Part shown: in pieces, positions 12,136 to 25,046 of the stretch
How positions within the stretch are numbered: position 1 is the stretch's first letter
How the letters are laid out: the number at the start of each line of letters is the position of its first letter
Assembly: GCA_964016885.1 (NCBI GenBank)
Contig: OZ024743.1
Span: 295,120,001-295,184,000 of the forward strand
Length of the DNA stretch: 64,000 nt
Direction of reading: 5' to 3'
Source of the DNA: Eledone cirrhosa
Taxonomy: Eukaryota
Notes under the pieces: model-generated
The model's input: only the letters and a program-made list of their open reading frames with translations
Databases searched by the model: none
Told to the model about the DNA's origin: nothing
Made by a program: the position numbers and the translations under genes

Positions 12136-15100
12136 GCCACCCAGCGACGACGTTCACCCCTGGTACTGAAAAGAAAAGTCGTCTATTTTTTATTAACGAC
12201 CAGGCGACAGGCATCCGTTACCTCGTGGATACAGGAGCACAGGTTAGTGTTATTCCTGTTTCACTAATCTCGGGCAAAAGACACCCAACCTCGTCCTTTC
12301 TGCAGGCAGTGAACCAATCGTCAATTCCGACTTTCGGGGAGAAGTCTCTGAACCTCAATTTAGGCCTGAGGCGGCGTTTTCAATGGGTGTTCGTCGTGGC
12401 AGACCTGCCGACCCCGATCCTAGGAGACGATTTTCTCCACCACTTCAACCTTATGGTGGATATGAAGAACTGGAGGCTTAGTGACACCACCACAAACCTC
12501 ACTGTGAGAGGTATATTTACGACGCAATCCAGAGTGAGCCCTGTAATTTGCCAGTCAGAGCCTTCACGGTACAACGGCATTCTCCAGAAATACCCAGACA
12601 TCACTCGCCCGATATTTAAGGATGGTCCCATTAAGCATAGTGTCACGCACCACATCGAGACAAAGGGACCACCCACAGCTGCCCGACCAAGGAGACTGCC
12701 TCCAGACCGATTGAGAATCGCCAAGCAGGAGTTCCAACACATGCTGGACCTCGGAATCATTCGCCCTTCCTCCAGCAGCTGGTCTGCACCCCTACACCTT
12801 GTTCCAAAAAAAACGAGAATGATTGGCGACCATGTGGGGATTATCGTGCACTTAACAATTCTACAGTGCCCGATAATTACCCTGTACCTCACCTGCATGA
12901 TTTTTCTGCCTCTCTGCAAGGCGCACGTATCTTTTCCAAGGTAGATCTGGTGCGTCCATATAACCAGATACCTATGGAGCCTGCAGACATTCCGAAGACC
13001 GCAATCACAACACCGTTCGGTTTATTCGAATTCCTGCGAATGCCGTTCGGTCTGCGCAACGCTGCACAAACTTTTCAGCGGTTCATTGACACCGTGTTAC
13101 GCGATCTACCCTTCGTATACGCGTATATTGACGACGTACTGGTAGCAAGTGCTTCCGAGAATGAACACGAGAAGCACTTACATCTCCTTTTCCGACGTTT
13201 GGCTGAGTACGGTATCATCATCAACCCCAGCAAGTGCCTTCTCGGCGTTCCTTCACTGTCCTTTCTCGGGCACATCATCGATAAAGACGGCATTCGTCCA
13301 CTTCCCGAGAAAGTAGAAGTTATCCGCAGTTTTCCCGCACCTACATCACTTCGGAAACTGCGTGAATTCCTCGGTCTGGTGAATTTTTATAGGCCGTTCA
13401 TCCCTCATTGTTCCGACGCAGCCAGACTCCTCACGGACCTTCTTCGTAACCGGACTCGCAAAAACGAAGAGATCACTCTAAACGAGGAAGAATTAACATC
13501 TTTTAACCGCCTGAAGGAAATGTTGGCAAACGCTTCCATGTTCGTTTTTCCCAGGTCTGGCGCTCCTCTTTCGCTGCTAGTGGACGCTTCAGACACGGTA
13601 GCTGGAGGCGTTCTACAACATGTCGACGGTGTGTGGCAACCCTTATCCTTCTTTTCTAAGCGGTTGCAACCGGCAGAAACGAAATACAGTACCTTTGGCC
13701 GCGAACTCTTGGCAACCTATCTTTCGGTTAAGCATTTTCGGCACATGAAGGATCAGATTTCGTGATCTACACGGACCATAAACCACTAGTTTATGCGTTC
13801 CGTACCAAACCTGATCGACATTCACCGAGAGAACTCCGACACCTGGATTTTGTCTCCCAATATTCAACTGATATTCGGCATATCAAGGGATCAGACAACG
13901 TAGCAGCCGATGCCCTGTCCCGAATCCAGCTGAACGCAATACATCTGCATTCAGGCATCGACCTTCAACAAATCGCAGCTGACCAAGAGACTGACGAAGA
14001 GTTTATGAAACTCCGAGATTCGCTATCTCTCAAGTTTCAGCAAGTTCCCATTCCTTCTTCTCCGGAAAATTTGGTGCGACCTTTCTGCCGGTCATGAACG
14101 ACCATACGTACCACAGATGCATCGTCGACAAGTTTTTTCTGCTTTACACTGCTTGTCTCACCCGGGAATCCGGGCTACACAGAAATTCATCTCTGCTCGT
14201 TTTGTGTGGACTAACATTAACAAGGACGTGCGCGACTGGTCCAGGAGCTGCATTGCCTGCCAGAAAGCCAAAGTCCACAGACACATCAAAACTCCACTCG
14301 TCACATTCGCGCAACTTGATGCACGTTTTCATGTGCATATCGACATCGTCGGACCTCTACCACCATCACAGAACTACACACACTTGCTCACCTGCATCGA
14401 TCGATTTTCTCGTTGGCCTGAGGCTTTTTCCATAAATGATACCTCAGCAGAAACAGTCGCTAAAACTTTGGCTTTACACTGGGTATCACGTTATGGCGAC
14501 CCAGCGAAGATAACAACGGACAGAGGACGCCAATTTGACTCTCACCTCTTCAGAGAACTGACTCGCCTGTTAGGATGTAAACACATCCACACGACAGCTT
14601 ATCACCCGCAAGCTAATGGTCTCGTGGAAAGATTCCATCACCAATTGAAAGCTGCAATAAAAGCATATCCAGACAAGACACACTGGTTTGAATACCTACC
14701 ACTCATCCTTCTGGGCATACGATCCACCGTTAAGGAGGAATTCAGACACACACCTGCAGAATTAGTGTACGGCACCACCCTGGTTCTACCTGGTCAGATG
14801 GTTGCTCCCATCTCTCCTCAGGATGTTCCAGACCCAGGATCATACGTACACCGTCTTCGACAATATATGTATCACTTTGCTCCTGCAAGCACTCGTCAAC
14901 AGAACACGGCCACACACGTACCTTCAGACATTGATGATTGGACACACGTTTTCGTTCGAAACGACACCATCTCAGCTCATCTTCGACCTTCATATTCTGG
15001 CCCTTATCGTGTTCTAAAAAAATATCCGAAATATTTTATTCTCGATCTAGATGGTAAACAGAATTCTGTCAGCGTGGACAGATTAAAAAAAGCCATCATG

Positions 15101-15238
15101 GATACTGTTACAGTCTCTACACCAGAAACTCCAACAGATTGCTGTCCCAGCGAGCCACCTGTTTCATCTCCAGTCACGAGAAGCGGACGACGCGTCCATT
15201 GGCCCGCAAACTTGGCACAATATGTGAATTACCGTTAA
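12108..15238 (+). pseudogene. pol: Gypsy pol (protease, RT, RNase H, integrase) broken by frameshifts and deletions
   Basis: YLVDTGAQVS (PR); [14 protein letters not shown] and YIDD (RT); [14 protein letters not shown] and YTDHKPL (RH); HCLSHPG..C..C, HIDIVGP, TTDRG and NGLVERF (IN). Spread over 4 ORFs. Confidence 0.95.
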
Positions 15239-16164
15239 CCTCAAGTGAGTTTCTTAATCATTCTTCGTGCAAAACATTTCCATTTTTCTTGTGTTTACTA
15301 TTTCCAGTTTCAAATACAATGAACTTTCTGCTTGAACAATTGCAATTTTTAGTGACCATGTGCTCATGTCACGAAGAACATTATTTATTATGAACATTAT
15401 TTATTACAAACACTATTTAAGAACAAACATTGTGTATATCATTGTGTATAACATTTTTTTTTTCTTCTCTCTCTTCTTTTGCAAAATTTGTATTTTTCTT
15501 GTTCTGTAACATTGATTGTGTAATTGCCATAATTTTTATATACATACAAGGCGTGTACATATTCTGTTTTTCATGCACACTACAAAACCACATTTGTTTC
15601 ACCTTTTGGTTCATACACTGAGCAATAGATGTTTGTGCCACTCTAACTCTTACATTAAAAAATGTTTTCTCTTTGATCACGCATTTCACAAATCGCAACC
15701 TCAAAACACTGGCCTTCTGTTTTCACTACACAGTCACTCAATAGCTCGAGAATGCCTCGCTATTTTTTTTGCATTCGCTCAAGTCATATGCTGTGGAGCA
15801 AGCTGTTACCTTTAGGCAGCATGCTTACGGCCATTCAGTTCACACATTACGGTTATCTTCACTGCCCAGTTAGACTTTTTGTCACGCAATTCACAGGCAG
15901 CTCAACCGATGTTGCAACAGGCTCATTCATCACGCCTGCATAAATCTGGTCAATGTCATTTTATAGTTTATTTCTTTTTTCTCTTCCTGACACACACATC
16001 TTGCCATACCATCTCTACATCGACTCTGTCCTGTACTCGATGATCACAACATTTCACAACCTGCTGGACACTCCTGGGGCTATTGTCATGACAAATGCAC
16101 CACTGGCCCATTCCTATACGATATTTCACCCTTTTGTTGTACAAAAGAACTGGCAGGGAGCTAA

Positions 16165-16669
16165 TGTACAGCCACCGGAAATAACAGCTGTGAAATATAC
16201 AGCGCCAACTACCTGTTAGCTAGCTACTCAACGTGAAACAAAAGAACCCTTAGAACCTACCAGAATTAGAACCTACCAGAATAAGAACCTACCAGAATAA
16301 ACGCCTACACATCGACTAAACAACAAAGGATTGTTCCTGTATAAATAGAGTGGTTCCTAACACTTTCGCCAGTCGACTTTTGGCAGAGTCAGCTAGCGCA
16401 TCGTTGTTCCTTTACTCTGCCACGCTTTGTCACTCACACACGCATTGCCTTGTACCCCGTATCGTTGCTTCATGTGAAAATAAATAACTGATCGAATTTA
16501 CATCTCGCCTTGCTTCGTCCTTTCAACTTGTGCTTTCGTCTGTCCATCCTCAACAGTTCTTTTAAGGGCTATCTTCATATCTGATCAGAGCGTATGCGAT
16601 AACAGTCCTTTTAAGGACTATTCTCGGATCTGATCAGAAGTAGTGATTAGACCAACCAGCGTCGCTACA
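16165..16669 (+). repeat. 3' LTR (505 bp), preceded by a purine-rich tract at 16143-16164
   Basis: Direct repeat of 11298-11806. Confidence 0.95.
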
Positions 16670-16749
16670 TATATATAAAGAGAGATAGGGAGAGAGAAAG
16701 ATATGTTTAGATATATAACGGTAATGAAAGAAAGAAATTATGAAATGTT

Positions 16750-16846
<97 letters not shown>

Positions 16847-17489
16847 TGTGTGTGTAAGTGTGTCTATATATTCATTCATACAATCATAAATACATATAAA
16901 CACACATACATACAAACATACAATGTAACTATGGTATCTCGATTTATCGGTGTATCGGTCTCTATATTCAAGCATAAGATCATTCAACTATTTGTCAATG
17001 TAACTACTATACGTTTATTCATTCTATATTCACTAGATTTGACAATCTACCTCATATCTACCAGATTCAATAAGTTTTGTTTCCGCGCTATCGTCCATTT
17101 CTTACTCATGTTTCTATTCATGATCTCTGTCTAAACAGCTTTCTCTCAATCATTCCTAATCGTATCTATATTCTGGATTTGCTTTTGACAATTGTATATA
17201 TTTCTTTTACAGATAATAACTTGACCTTGACTACCTTGCTATCTGTTGATCGATCTATCAGACAATGTTCTTATATTTTGAAGTATATTACATACTCTCT
17301 TCCATACTTAACGATATACACATTCACATTGTTATATAATAATGAACATTTTAAGCATCTATATGGCTAATATTCTCTCCATTTATATATATATATATAT
17401 AAAGGGAGAGAATATTAGCCATATGGATGCTTTTATATAACAATGTGAATACATACACTCAAACACACATACGCACGCACACACACACT

Positions 17490-17575
<86 letters not shown>

Positions 17576-18534
17576 TATCAGCTTTTGGGTTTCTAGTTCG
17601 TATATAAGTATATTTTGAATTATAAGCATATTTTGGGCAAGGCGAATGCACTCTATATATTGATTGGAAATATTGGAGATATATCCGCTGAAATTTAGGA
17701 GATCCAATATCAAAAGTATTCCATCTCCGACTACCTTGCCATCTTTATGTCTAAGTCATCAATATTCAAGGTGGCCTGCCATTTTAAAGACGATATTTTG
17801 TGATTGCATTATTCTTGTGGTTAATAAAGAAAGTATTATTATAGGATTTATATAGCATAATCAGTTGTAAGGGCTGTGAAAATGATCCATTTTAGAGCCA
17901 CGAGAATGTTGCGAAAGGGCAAGGTGACCTCAAACCAGAAATCTGGCCTGAATGCTTATAACTAATAGAGCTTTGCCAATATCATTCGAGAGCCAAGGAA
18001 CAGTGTTAAACCGGGCCATTGATTGATTTTACCAGTCATCTGGTCGCCGGCAATATTTGAAGTCACAATGTACACAGCTGGAATAGATATTTTAAATTAC
18101 CATATCCTACGATCTAACGCCGCCACAAGGTTACCAATCTAGGCTTGTATATTATTTATTGAACCCGGAAAAAAGGAAGTCAAAGTTGAACTCAACAGAA
18201 TTTGAACTTAGTATGGAAGGAGACGAAATATACGTAACATTACATTTCATCTGCAGCTCTAATATTTCTTCCAATTTGCTCCTAATTAAATGTAAATTTA
18301 ATTTGAAATAAAACAAAGTAATGTGCTCAGAGTCTTGAATAGTATATCATATATATATTTATATATATATATATATATATTCAATTATATATATAAAACA
18401 AAAATAGCGTAGACATTACAATACAATACAATAGGAAGGAACATGATAATAGTACCACTGATGATGTCCCAGATGTGCAACGAGAGAACTTTGATAGACT
18501 CTATATATATATATCTGTATTTTTAACCGTTGTT

Positions 18535-18632
18535 AAATAAATTAACTATGGAGATATAAAAGATACAGAAGTGTGTTCTGTTATTATTTCTAGTAATATT
18601 ATTACAACAATATGACTCTCCCCAAGTATAAC
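18535..18632 (+). repeat. Dispersed repeat end fragment, same family as 28205-28328
   Basis: Shared ATAAATTAACTA.GGAGATA.AAAAGATACAGAAG...GTGTTCTGTTATTATTT...AATATGAC.CTCCCCAAGTATAACA, followed by (TA)n in both copies. Confidence 0.75.
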
Positions 18633-18655
18633 ATTTATTTCTATATTTATATATA

Positions 18656-18729
<74 letters not shown>

Positions 18730-18756
18730 GTGTGTGTGTGTGTGTGTGTGCGTGTG

Positions 18757-18831
<75 letters not shown>

Positions 18832-20058
18832 CTGTGATGCTGACAGAAGTAAGAATAAGTACTCAATACCGAAGTTGATTTTATTTTCGCTATCTGATGA
18901 GTCCTGTGTACCCACCTGCACAAACACACACGCACAGACACACGTAGATACACTCCCCCACCAAACACACACACACACACATATATAAATGTATATTTAA
19001 ATGTATTATTATATTCACAACAAAAACAAGAAATAATAAACATCACAAGAAAGAAAAGAAAACAAATATACAGAATTTCCAATCTCGGTTGAACAGGATA
19101 TATCAACTGGGCAGCACTGATAATGTGGCAAAATCATTGCTATGATGTACAGCCAACGATATATGCTACATTAGTTATTCCACTTTATTGAGCTCCTGAA
19201 GTACAATGTATTTTCTTGATTTCTCTGATAAGGCAGCATTGTGCAATCAGAGGACACCGCATGTCTAATCAGACCAAATCATATATCTGTTAATAACTGA
19301 AAACGTTGTTTGCGGTATTGTAAGTTTTGAACTTTTTATCTTGTGTTCAGTTGCCCAACAACGTATCGTCACACTCTATCCTGTTTATATAAATCAGTGT
19401 ATCTGTTCCTCCAGCCAGCTAGCTGTCTCAATATATAGCTGGTTACTTACCTACAAGTTTATCCATTTGTATACGAATTTACGTTAATTAATTTCGCTTT
19501 CTTTTTCAACATTTTAGCATATATCAAGCTATGCCTCAACAGTCGTCGTTTATATACTTCTCTATATATCTAATTCTATCTATCTCTCGTTCCTTCTTTC
19601 TTTCTTTCTTTCTTTCTTTTTCTTTCACCATACGTATATCTACGCGTGTATATATGTGAGTATATATTCTCTTTGAACAGCACTCTTTACGGTTTGATGT
19701 TTCGACTTATATTAATTGCCTCATTGATTCACCAAATTAATTATTGAATTCTTACAAAGCAATAGAATCTGTGATTTGTCCACTCTATAAACAATCATTT
19801 ATTAGGATATCTTTTAAGTTTTGTTACATATTGTTTTCGCTCTAATTGGCGCAAGTAGAGCGATATTTCTTCGGCACTCAATGAAGAGTGTTATGTTCTT
19901 AGTTACAAGTAAGAAATTAATGAAGTTGTATTTATCACCTAATTAATGACAAAAGTAATCACTTCAGAGAAGAATGGTATTTATTTTACTTGCTGAAATG
20001 GTGTGGTGATTAAGACACATATCTGTGTAGGTTTAGCCGACCAACTATAGTCTTGTGT

Positions 20059-20215
20059 GGCGGCGAATTGAGTGAGTCATTAGATCGCCGGATAATTGTT
20101 CTTTAGTCTTCTTTTCGTCTCTCTGAGTTCAAATTCTACCGAGGTCAGCTTTTCTATTCATCCATTCACAGTCGAGAAAAATATTAACAGACTAATAATG
20201 GGGTCGATTCCGCCT
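20059..20215 (+). mobile_element. Octopus-type SINE; further fragments near 18150-18280(-), 20490-20680(-), 39080-39165(-) and 39860-40120(-)
   Basis: GGCGGCGAATTG...CTGAGTTCAAATTCTACCGAGGTCAGCTTT...CATCC...GTCGA...GGGGTCGAT. Confidence 0.75.
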
Positions 20216-20744
20216 CTATATCCATTTCTCACTTTCATATTCTCACACTTTCTATCCTTCTCTGGAGTAAATCTGCTGTATTCAGACCTTGAGAGGATTG
20301 GGTTTCATGATACCCTAGCAAAGCCTTATGTCAATACGCTGCCCCTTCGATTCCTTCAGGAGTTACAGGACCATGCATGAAATCATATAGTATTGTATTA
20401 CGCAGAGGTTTCTTGTATGTTTTAATAACGATCTAGATGTGATTGTAGATGTGAAAACATGTGAGAAGTTACCTTAACACCCATGTAGATCACGGCGAGA
20501 TTTGAAATCAAAACGCACAGAAGCGGAACAGATATTACAAGGCATCCCGGCAGCAATTGCTTTAACAATTCTCCTTAACCAATTCCTTGAGTGCCAATGT
20601 ATTTATCAACTTCGAAAAAATGAATAAAAAAATATTCTAGGCAGTATTTGAACTCAGAGCTGTGTAAAACGTTGAGAGTACATAGAATAGAAAAGTTGTA
20701 TCCTGCTACCGGCAGTCTGATCCAAATGATTGTATTAGAATGGA

Positions 20745-21115
20745 CTCATGGACCAAACAAGGAGCCTGAATACAGATCTTTCCTTGATGAAGTCACTGCA
20801 GCGTTAGATGTAGTTAAGACTGAGTCATATATCTTGATGGAAGACATCAATGCACGTGTTGTCACTGGCCACCTGACATGGAAAGGGGTGATTGGAAGGA
20901 ATGGTCTCCCCGATGCGATAGAGATGCCTTTTTAGACTTCTGGTCTAGCAATGGAATCTTTATTATCAACCCCTTCTTCCAGCCCAGAGACATCCATAAA
21001 TATACATGTTATAAGGGGAATCGGGGTCAGAAATCAATAATTGATATTGCTATTGCCTCTTTGAATCAGTGCTTGATGTTTTTGTTAAGAGAGTGGCTGA
21101 GCTGTCAACTGATCG
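20745..21115 (+). pseudogene. RTE-clade LINE AP-endonuclease fragment
   Basis: ILMEDINARV..WKGVIGRNGLPD, LDF....IFIINPFFQ.RDIHKYT and QKSIID are APE motifs. Partly duplicated at 34480-34558. Confidence 0.75.
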
Positions 21116-21899
21116 GTTTATGTTTTATTCGTAAAATATTTTCTCCATACTTTAATGAAAGAAAGTTATTTAAAGAGAAAAAATGAATACGATAATAGGT
21201 TAACTGTATCATTGTGAAGCCCAAAGGAAAAAGCGAAGGAGATACTCAGTGGCGTGGAAAACACAAAAATATTTACTATATTAAGTCACTTCATTTACAA
21301 AAAAATAATTTCAATCGAGCAGAAATACATTGTTGTACAAAATTAAGGTATTAATCCTAGGGACTAACAGACAGGCGAACAAGAAATATTTATCTGATTG
21401 TTCGAACTGCGGGAAATAAAACCAAAATCTCCTTAATATAATGGTCTGCTGTCTTGAAAAGAGAGACACACGTTGGCGAATGTAATTCTACATAAGTTAC
21501 GCAATGTCTATAATGCTTTGATAATATTAACATTTCCATAGTTAGTTTGCTTGGTTCCATATTTATTTGACCACTCTAATTCTAACACTATTCAGTATTT
21601 GTTTAATTATATTGCCACTTCTATTGTTTACTAGTTTTCAAGCTAAGGATAATTGTTTAAAAACAAAGAAAAACTTCTGAGAAAATCAGACTTTCATTTC
21701 ATTTCATTCAGTATTGATCGAATAATCTATGGTTTGGTATAGATTAATATCGGAGAGAATATCAATATCATTGTCACAAAAATAATCAATAACATGACCG
21801 CACAATACATAGACGCACGCTTTCATGCTATTATGTATATAATATATATATATATATTCTTTTATCATTTTCCTGGTTAAAGCCTCAGACATCCAGCTT

Positions 21900-22950
21900 C
21901 GCAGCATAGAGTTGTGGGTAAAAACATTTTTATCATCATGAAATCTCTTTTCAGTATTTTTCCTGAGGGCGCTTACTGAAAGCTAGTTCACCATAAAGTA
22001 ACTACTTCGGATAATGTGATCAGTGCATATTATATCTAATACGGCGAGGTTAGGTAATCAGACAGCATCCATAATCCAGTACTTCTGCGTTAGGTGCAAA
22101 GGATTTTTAGTTAATGTTCAAAGTACGCCCCAGAAATCTCTTATGGAATTTTTGAGAGATCTAGATGGCCGCTATATTCCACAGTAATACAGCTGCGAAG
22201 CTGCGACACATGGAACAAAGATTCACAGTTTTCTGAAAAGTTTTAAAACTTCCGTAATTTCATACGTTTATCGAATACACCAAACACAATGAAGTCCATA
22301 TCACAAGGAATCTTGGTTGAAGCTACGTTTTCTCTAGCTGACTGACGCTAAAATCAGATGTGTGATTTTATTACAATAGGGCGTAAGTGTTTCTGCGGTC
22401 GATTCAGTAGAAATCTCGAAAATATAATTCCAGCCGTTACCAATAAGGAAATACACGGAATGTTACCACAGCATGACTTGGCATACGTTCCCTTCATTAG
22501 CGTAATACAATGGTTGCATCTCAGTTTCGAGAATTGCGATTTCTTGCCCTTTTTGCGGTACATGGGTGGTAATAGACATAATATATTAGCTCTTCCAACC
22601 ACTTAGGTTTATTTTCTGCATATGGGACACCGAAGAAAGAAGAAGAGACCATGCTTACGCTACACACGGGAAAGTCGTTTAGATCAAGCGATTCCTGTGC
22701 TTGAAATTTTAGTATATAAAAACGTTGCACAGAAACAATCCCGCTTTGGAAACCGATGACAAGTATACAAAAAGAAAAACAAGTCAATATCATTGGTTGT
22801 TATCGAATCTCAGTTTTTACATCAGTGTCTCCTTTCTCAGAGAACGATATTCTAAGAAGAACTAGGGGTCTCTCACTGCCGATGGGATAACAACGCTCTC
22901 AGTCACAAATCCGACTATTACCTTACCATGTCCGTTGGTAATATAAATGC
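21900..22950 (-). pseudogene. Old RTE-type LINE RT fossil
   Basis: ITLMKG...KSCCGN...ISLLVTAGIIFSRFLLNR resembles RTE RT ITLYKGKG.KSDCGNYRGISLLS.AGKI.AR.LLNR. Confidence 0.6.
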
Positions 22951-23117
22951 ATACATACATGGTAATATATATATAGTATATATATATATATATATATATA
23001 TATCCGAGACCTCCAGTATACAATTGATGAGGACTACCCCCCCCCCCCTTTCTGGCTTTCTTCTTATTCTCATTCCATTTTTAAGCCTAACTTAACTAGC
23101 AACTACACAGCCAATCC

Positions 23118-23216
<99 letters not shown>

Positions 23217-23219
23217 TAT

Positions 23220-24587
23220 CAAGAAAGGGTATATAGTACCGGTATGTCCTATTGTAGACTCTGCGACCTTGAATTAATGTATATCCTTAGGAACGATAAA
23301 AGGCTACTCAACAACAAAATAGAAAGGTCAATTTTCTGCAGACAAAGAATTGCTACTACATTCACAAGATTTAAGCCACCGTGATTCGAAACAACATAAC
23401 TTAGCTTTCAACATATGAAATCCGCACTCTCACACAGACCACCACAGAACTATAATATTCATTAAACAGCTTCTAGCCTCCTTAATTCTATACTACAGTA
23501 ATGTCTGCAAATATCTTATCAACCCATAAATATATCTCTTCTCGGCTGCGGTCAACACCACCTCCTCACATTAGCACTCATGATTTTCAACAGATGAACT
23601 TAATTCTAAGTACATTATTTTACTACTACCACAGTCCCTGTAATATCACCTTCCTCCTGTTGTTATAATGAATACCCCAATGCATCCGTAATAGTATTCA
23701 TCATGTTCTCTATATATATAGCTTACTTTCTTAACCTCTGTATTACCTTATTGCCTATATTGTTGTTATTGTTGTCTTATTCATGCATGATGTGTTATTG
23801 ATGCTGTGAAAGCTAAACAACCCCCATGATTCGAGCTAACAATCCTTACATCTAATATAGACCACTTAAATAATGAATCCACTTTACACCACATAAAAAT
23901 TACCATCATCACTACAATGAAAATATTTTATTTGTCAGATAATAAATAAATCTTACGGTCAGCAAACCTACAGTAAAGTAAATGGTCCATTGTTTCAAGC
24001 CCCAGGTTATCTCTACACTATATATGTAATGTACCCCATGACAGCTTTCACATGTCAATTTCATACATCTGTTTCGTATCAGTTCGTTTTACATGCTAAA
24101 GTCATCAGTATACTCTATTTCTTACTTATATTGATGTTGTGGTTGTTTTAACTATTTACTATCTAGCTAATGTTTTGAGTATTGTTATTATTGTTCTGAT
24201 TTAATGCCACTACTATATATAGAAGCCATGTCTGTGTATATCCTTCATTCTCGCATGCTCTGACGAATAGACTGGTTATAACAAAGTATTGGTGATCGAT
24301 TGACGCAAAAATAGGTGGGTAACGATCTCTAGACTGACCAGTTCAGAGAAACAATTGTCAGCAATGTGAATAAAGACCTTATTGTATAGCAAACCATGTC
24401 ACTCTTCTTTCTTGATTTATTATTACTCCAAGTGTAAACTACATAGAAATCACCGCGTACTCGCAGCATCACTATGGAAACGTCTTGTTGAGTCAAAATT
24501 AGCCAAGCGTTAATACTATCCACTACTCGGAGTACCCTAACTGGACTACATCTAAGTGGACTACCTATAACAATAATTAGTTATCCC

Positions 24588-24588
<1 letters not shown>
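23220..24588 (+). mobile_element. 5'-truncated PLE (family P3) between (TA)n tracts
   Basis: Unlisted frame 23223-23384 reads ERVYSTGMSYCRLCDLELMYILRNDKRLLNNKIERSIFCRQRIATTFTRFKPP* (GIY-YIG tail). Long 3' UTR with an HHR and AATAAA. Confidence 0.8.
24251..24369 (+). ncRNA. Type-I hammerhead ribozyme motif with a very long stem II
   Basis: Stem I TCGCATGCT/AGCA(A)TGTGA; CTGACGA 24260-24266; GAAAC-AATT-GTC with predicted cleavage after 24359; AATAAA directly after. Confidence 0.8.
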
Positions 24589-24630
<42 letters not shown>

Positions 24631-24721
24631 GAAGTTATATTTAATTTGTTGGGATTCCAACAAGCTCAACAGTGTTATAACTGATATAAAGCACTCAACA
24701 GCTAACTGGAGTAAATATTCA

Positions 24722-25014
24722 ATATATTAATAAATGTAAACTATATTTAGAAAACCATACTTATTTTATTATATATATTTCAAGGCAACCAAGGCATTCT
24801 TGGTGCGCTTTCAACAGATAAAATACAAGATTTATTTTATAAATATTGACATAACCGTGGAAAAACAAACTTGAGGGTTGTTTTTCCACGGTTATGTCAA
24901 TATTTATGAAACAAATCTTGTATTTTATCTGATGAAAGCGCACCAAGAACGCCTTGGTTGCCGTTGAAATATATATAATAAAATAATTATGGTTTTATAA
25001 ATATAGTTTCCATT

Positions 25015-25025
<11 letters not shown>
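24722..25025. repeat. About 300-bp near-perfect palindrome made of two head-to-head HHR-bearing pseudo-LTR-like arms (family P4)
   Basis: Arms pair around AAACTTGAGGG (about 24867-24877). The right arm holds an intact HHR core and the left a mutated one. Confidence 0.9.
24921..24985 (+). ncRNA. Type-I hammerhead ribozyme motif with canonical core
   Basis: 8-bp stem I TATTTTAT/ATAAAATA; CTGATGA 24929-24935; stem II ..GCACCAAG/CTTGGT(T)GC..; GAAA 24966-24969; (TA) palindromic stem III; ATA triplet 24975-24977. Confidence 0.8.
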
Positions 25026-25045
<20 letters not shown>

Positions 25046-25046
25046 A

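Larger units (their letters stand above)
11298..16669 (+). mobile_element. Full-length Ty3/Gypsy LTR retrotransposon (defective) inserted in (TA)n
   Basis: TG...CA LTRs at 11298-11806 and 16165-16669; TATA on both flanks; PBS; PPT; gag-PR-RT-RH-IN order. Confidence 0.97.

Noticed and set aside
15240-16140. env-like third ORF in the Gypsy element
   Set aside because: Only short AT-rich ORFs; no signal peptide, furin site or consistent frame.
18890-18925. CTGATGAGTCC, the classic start of a hammerhead
   Set aside because: No GGACGAAA partner or stems nearby. Same problem for CTGATGA at about 18458, 39049 and 57177.
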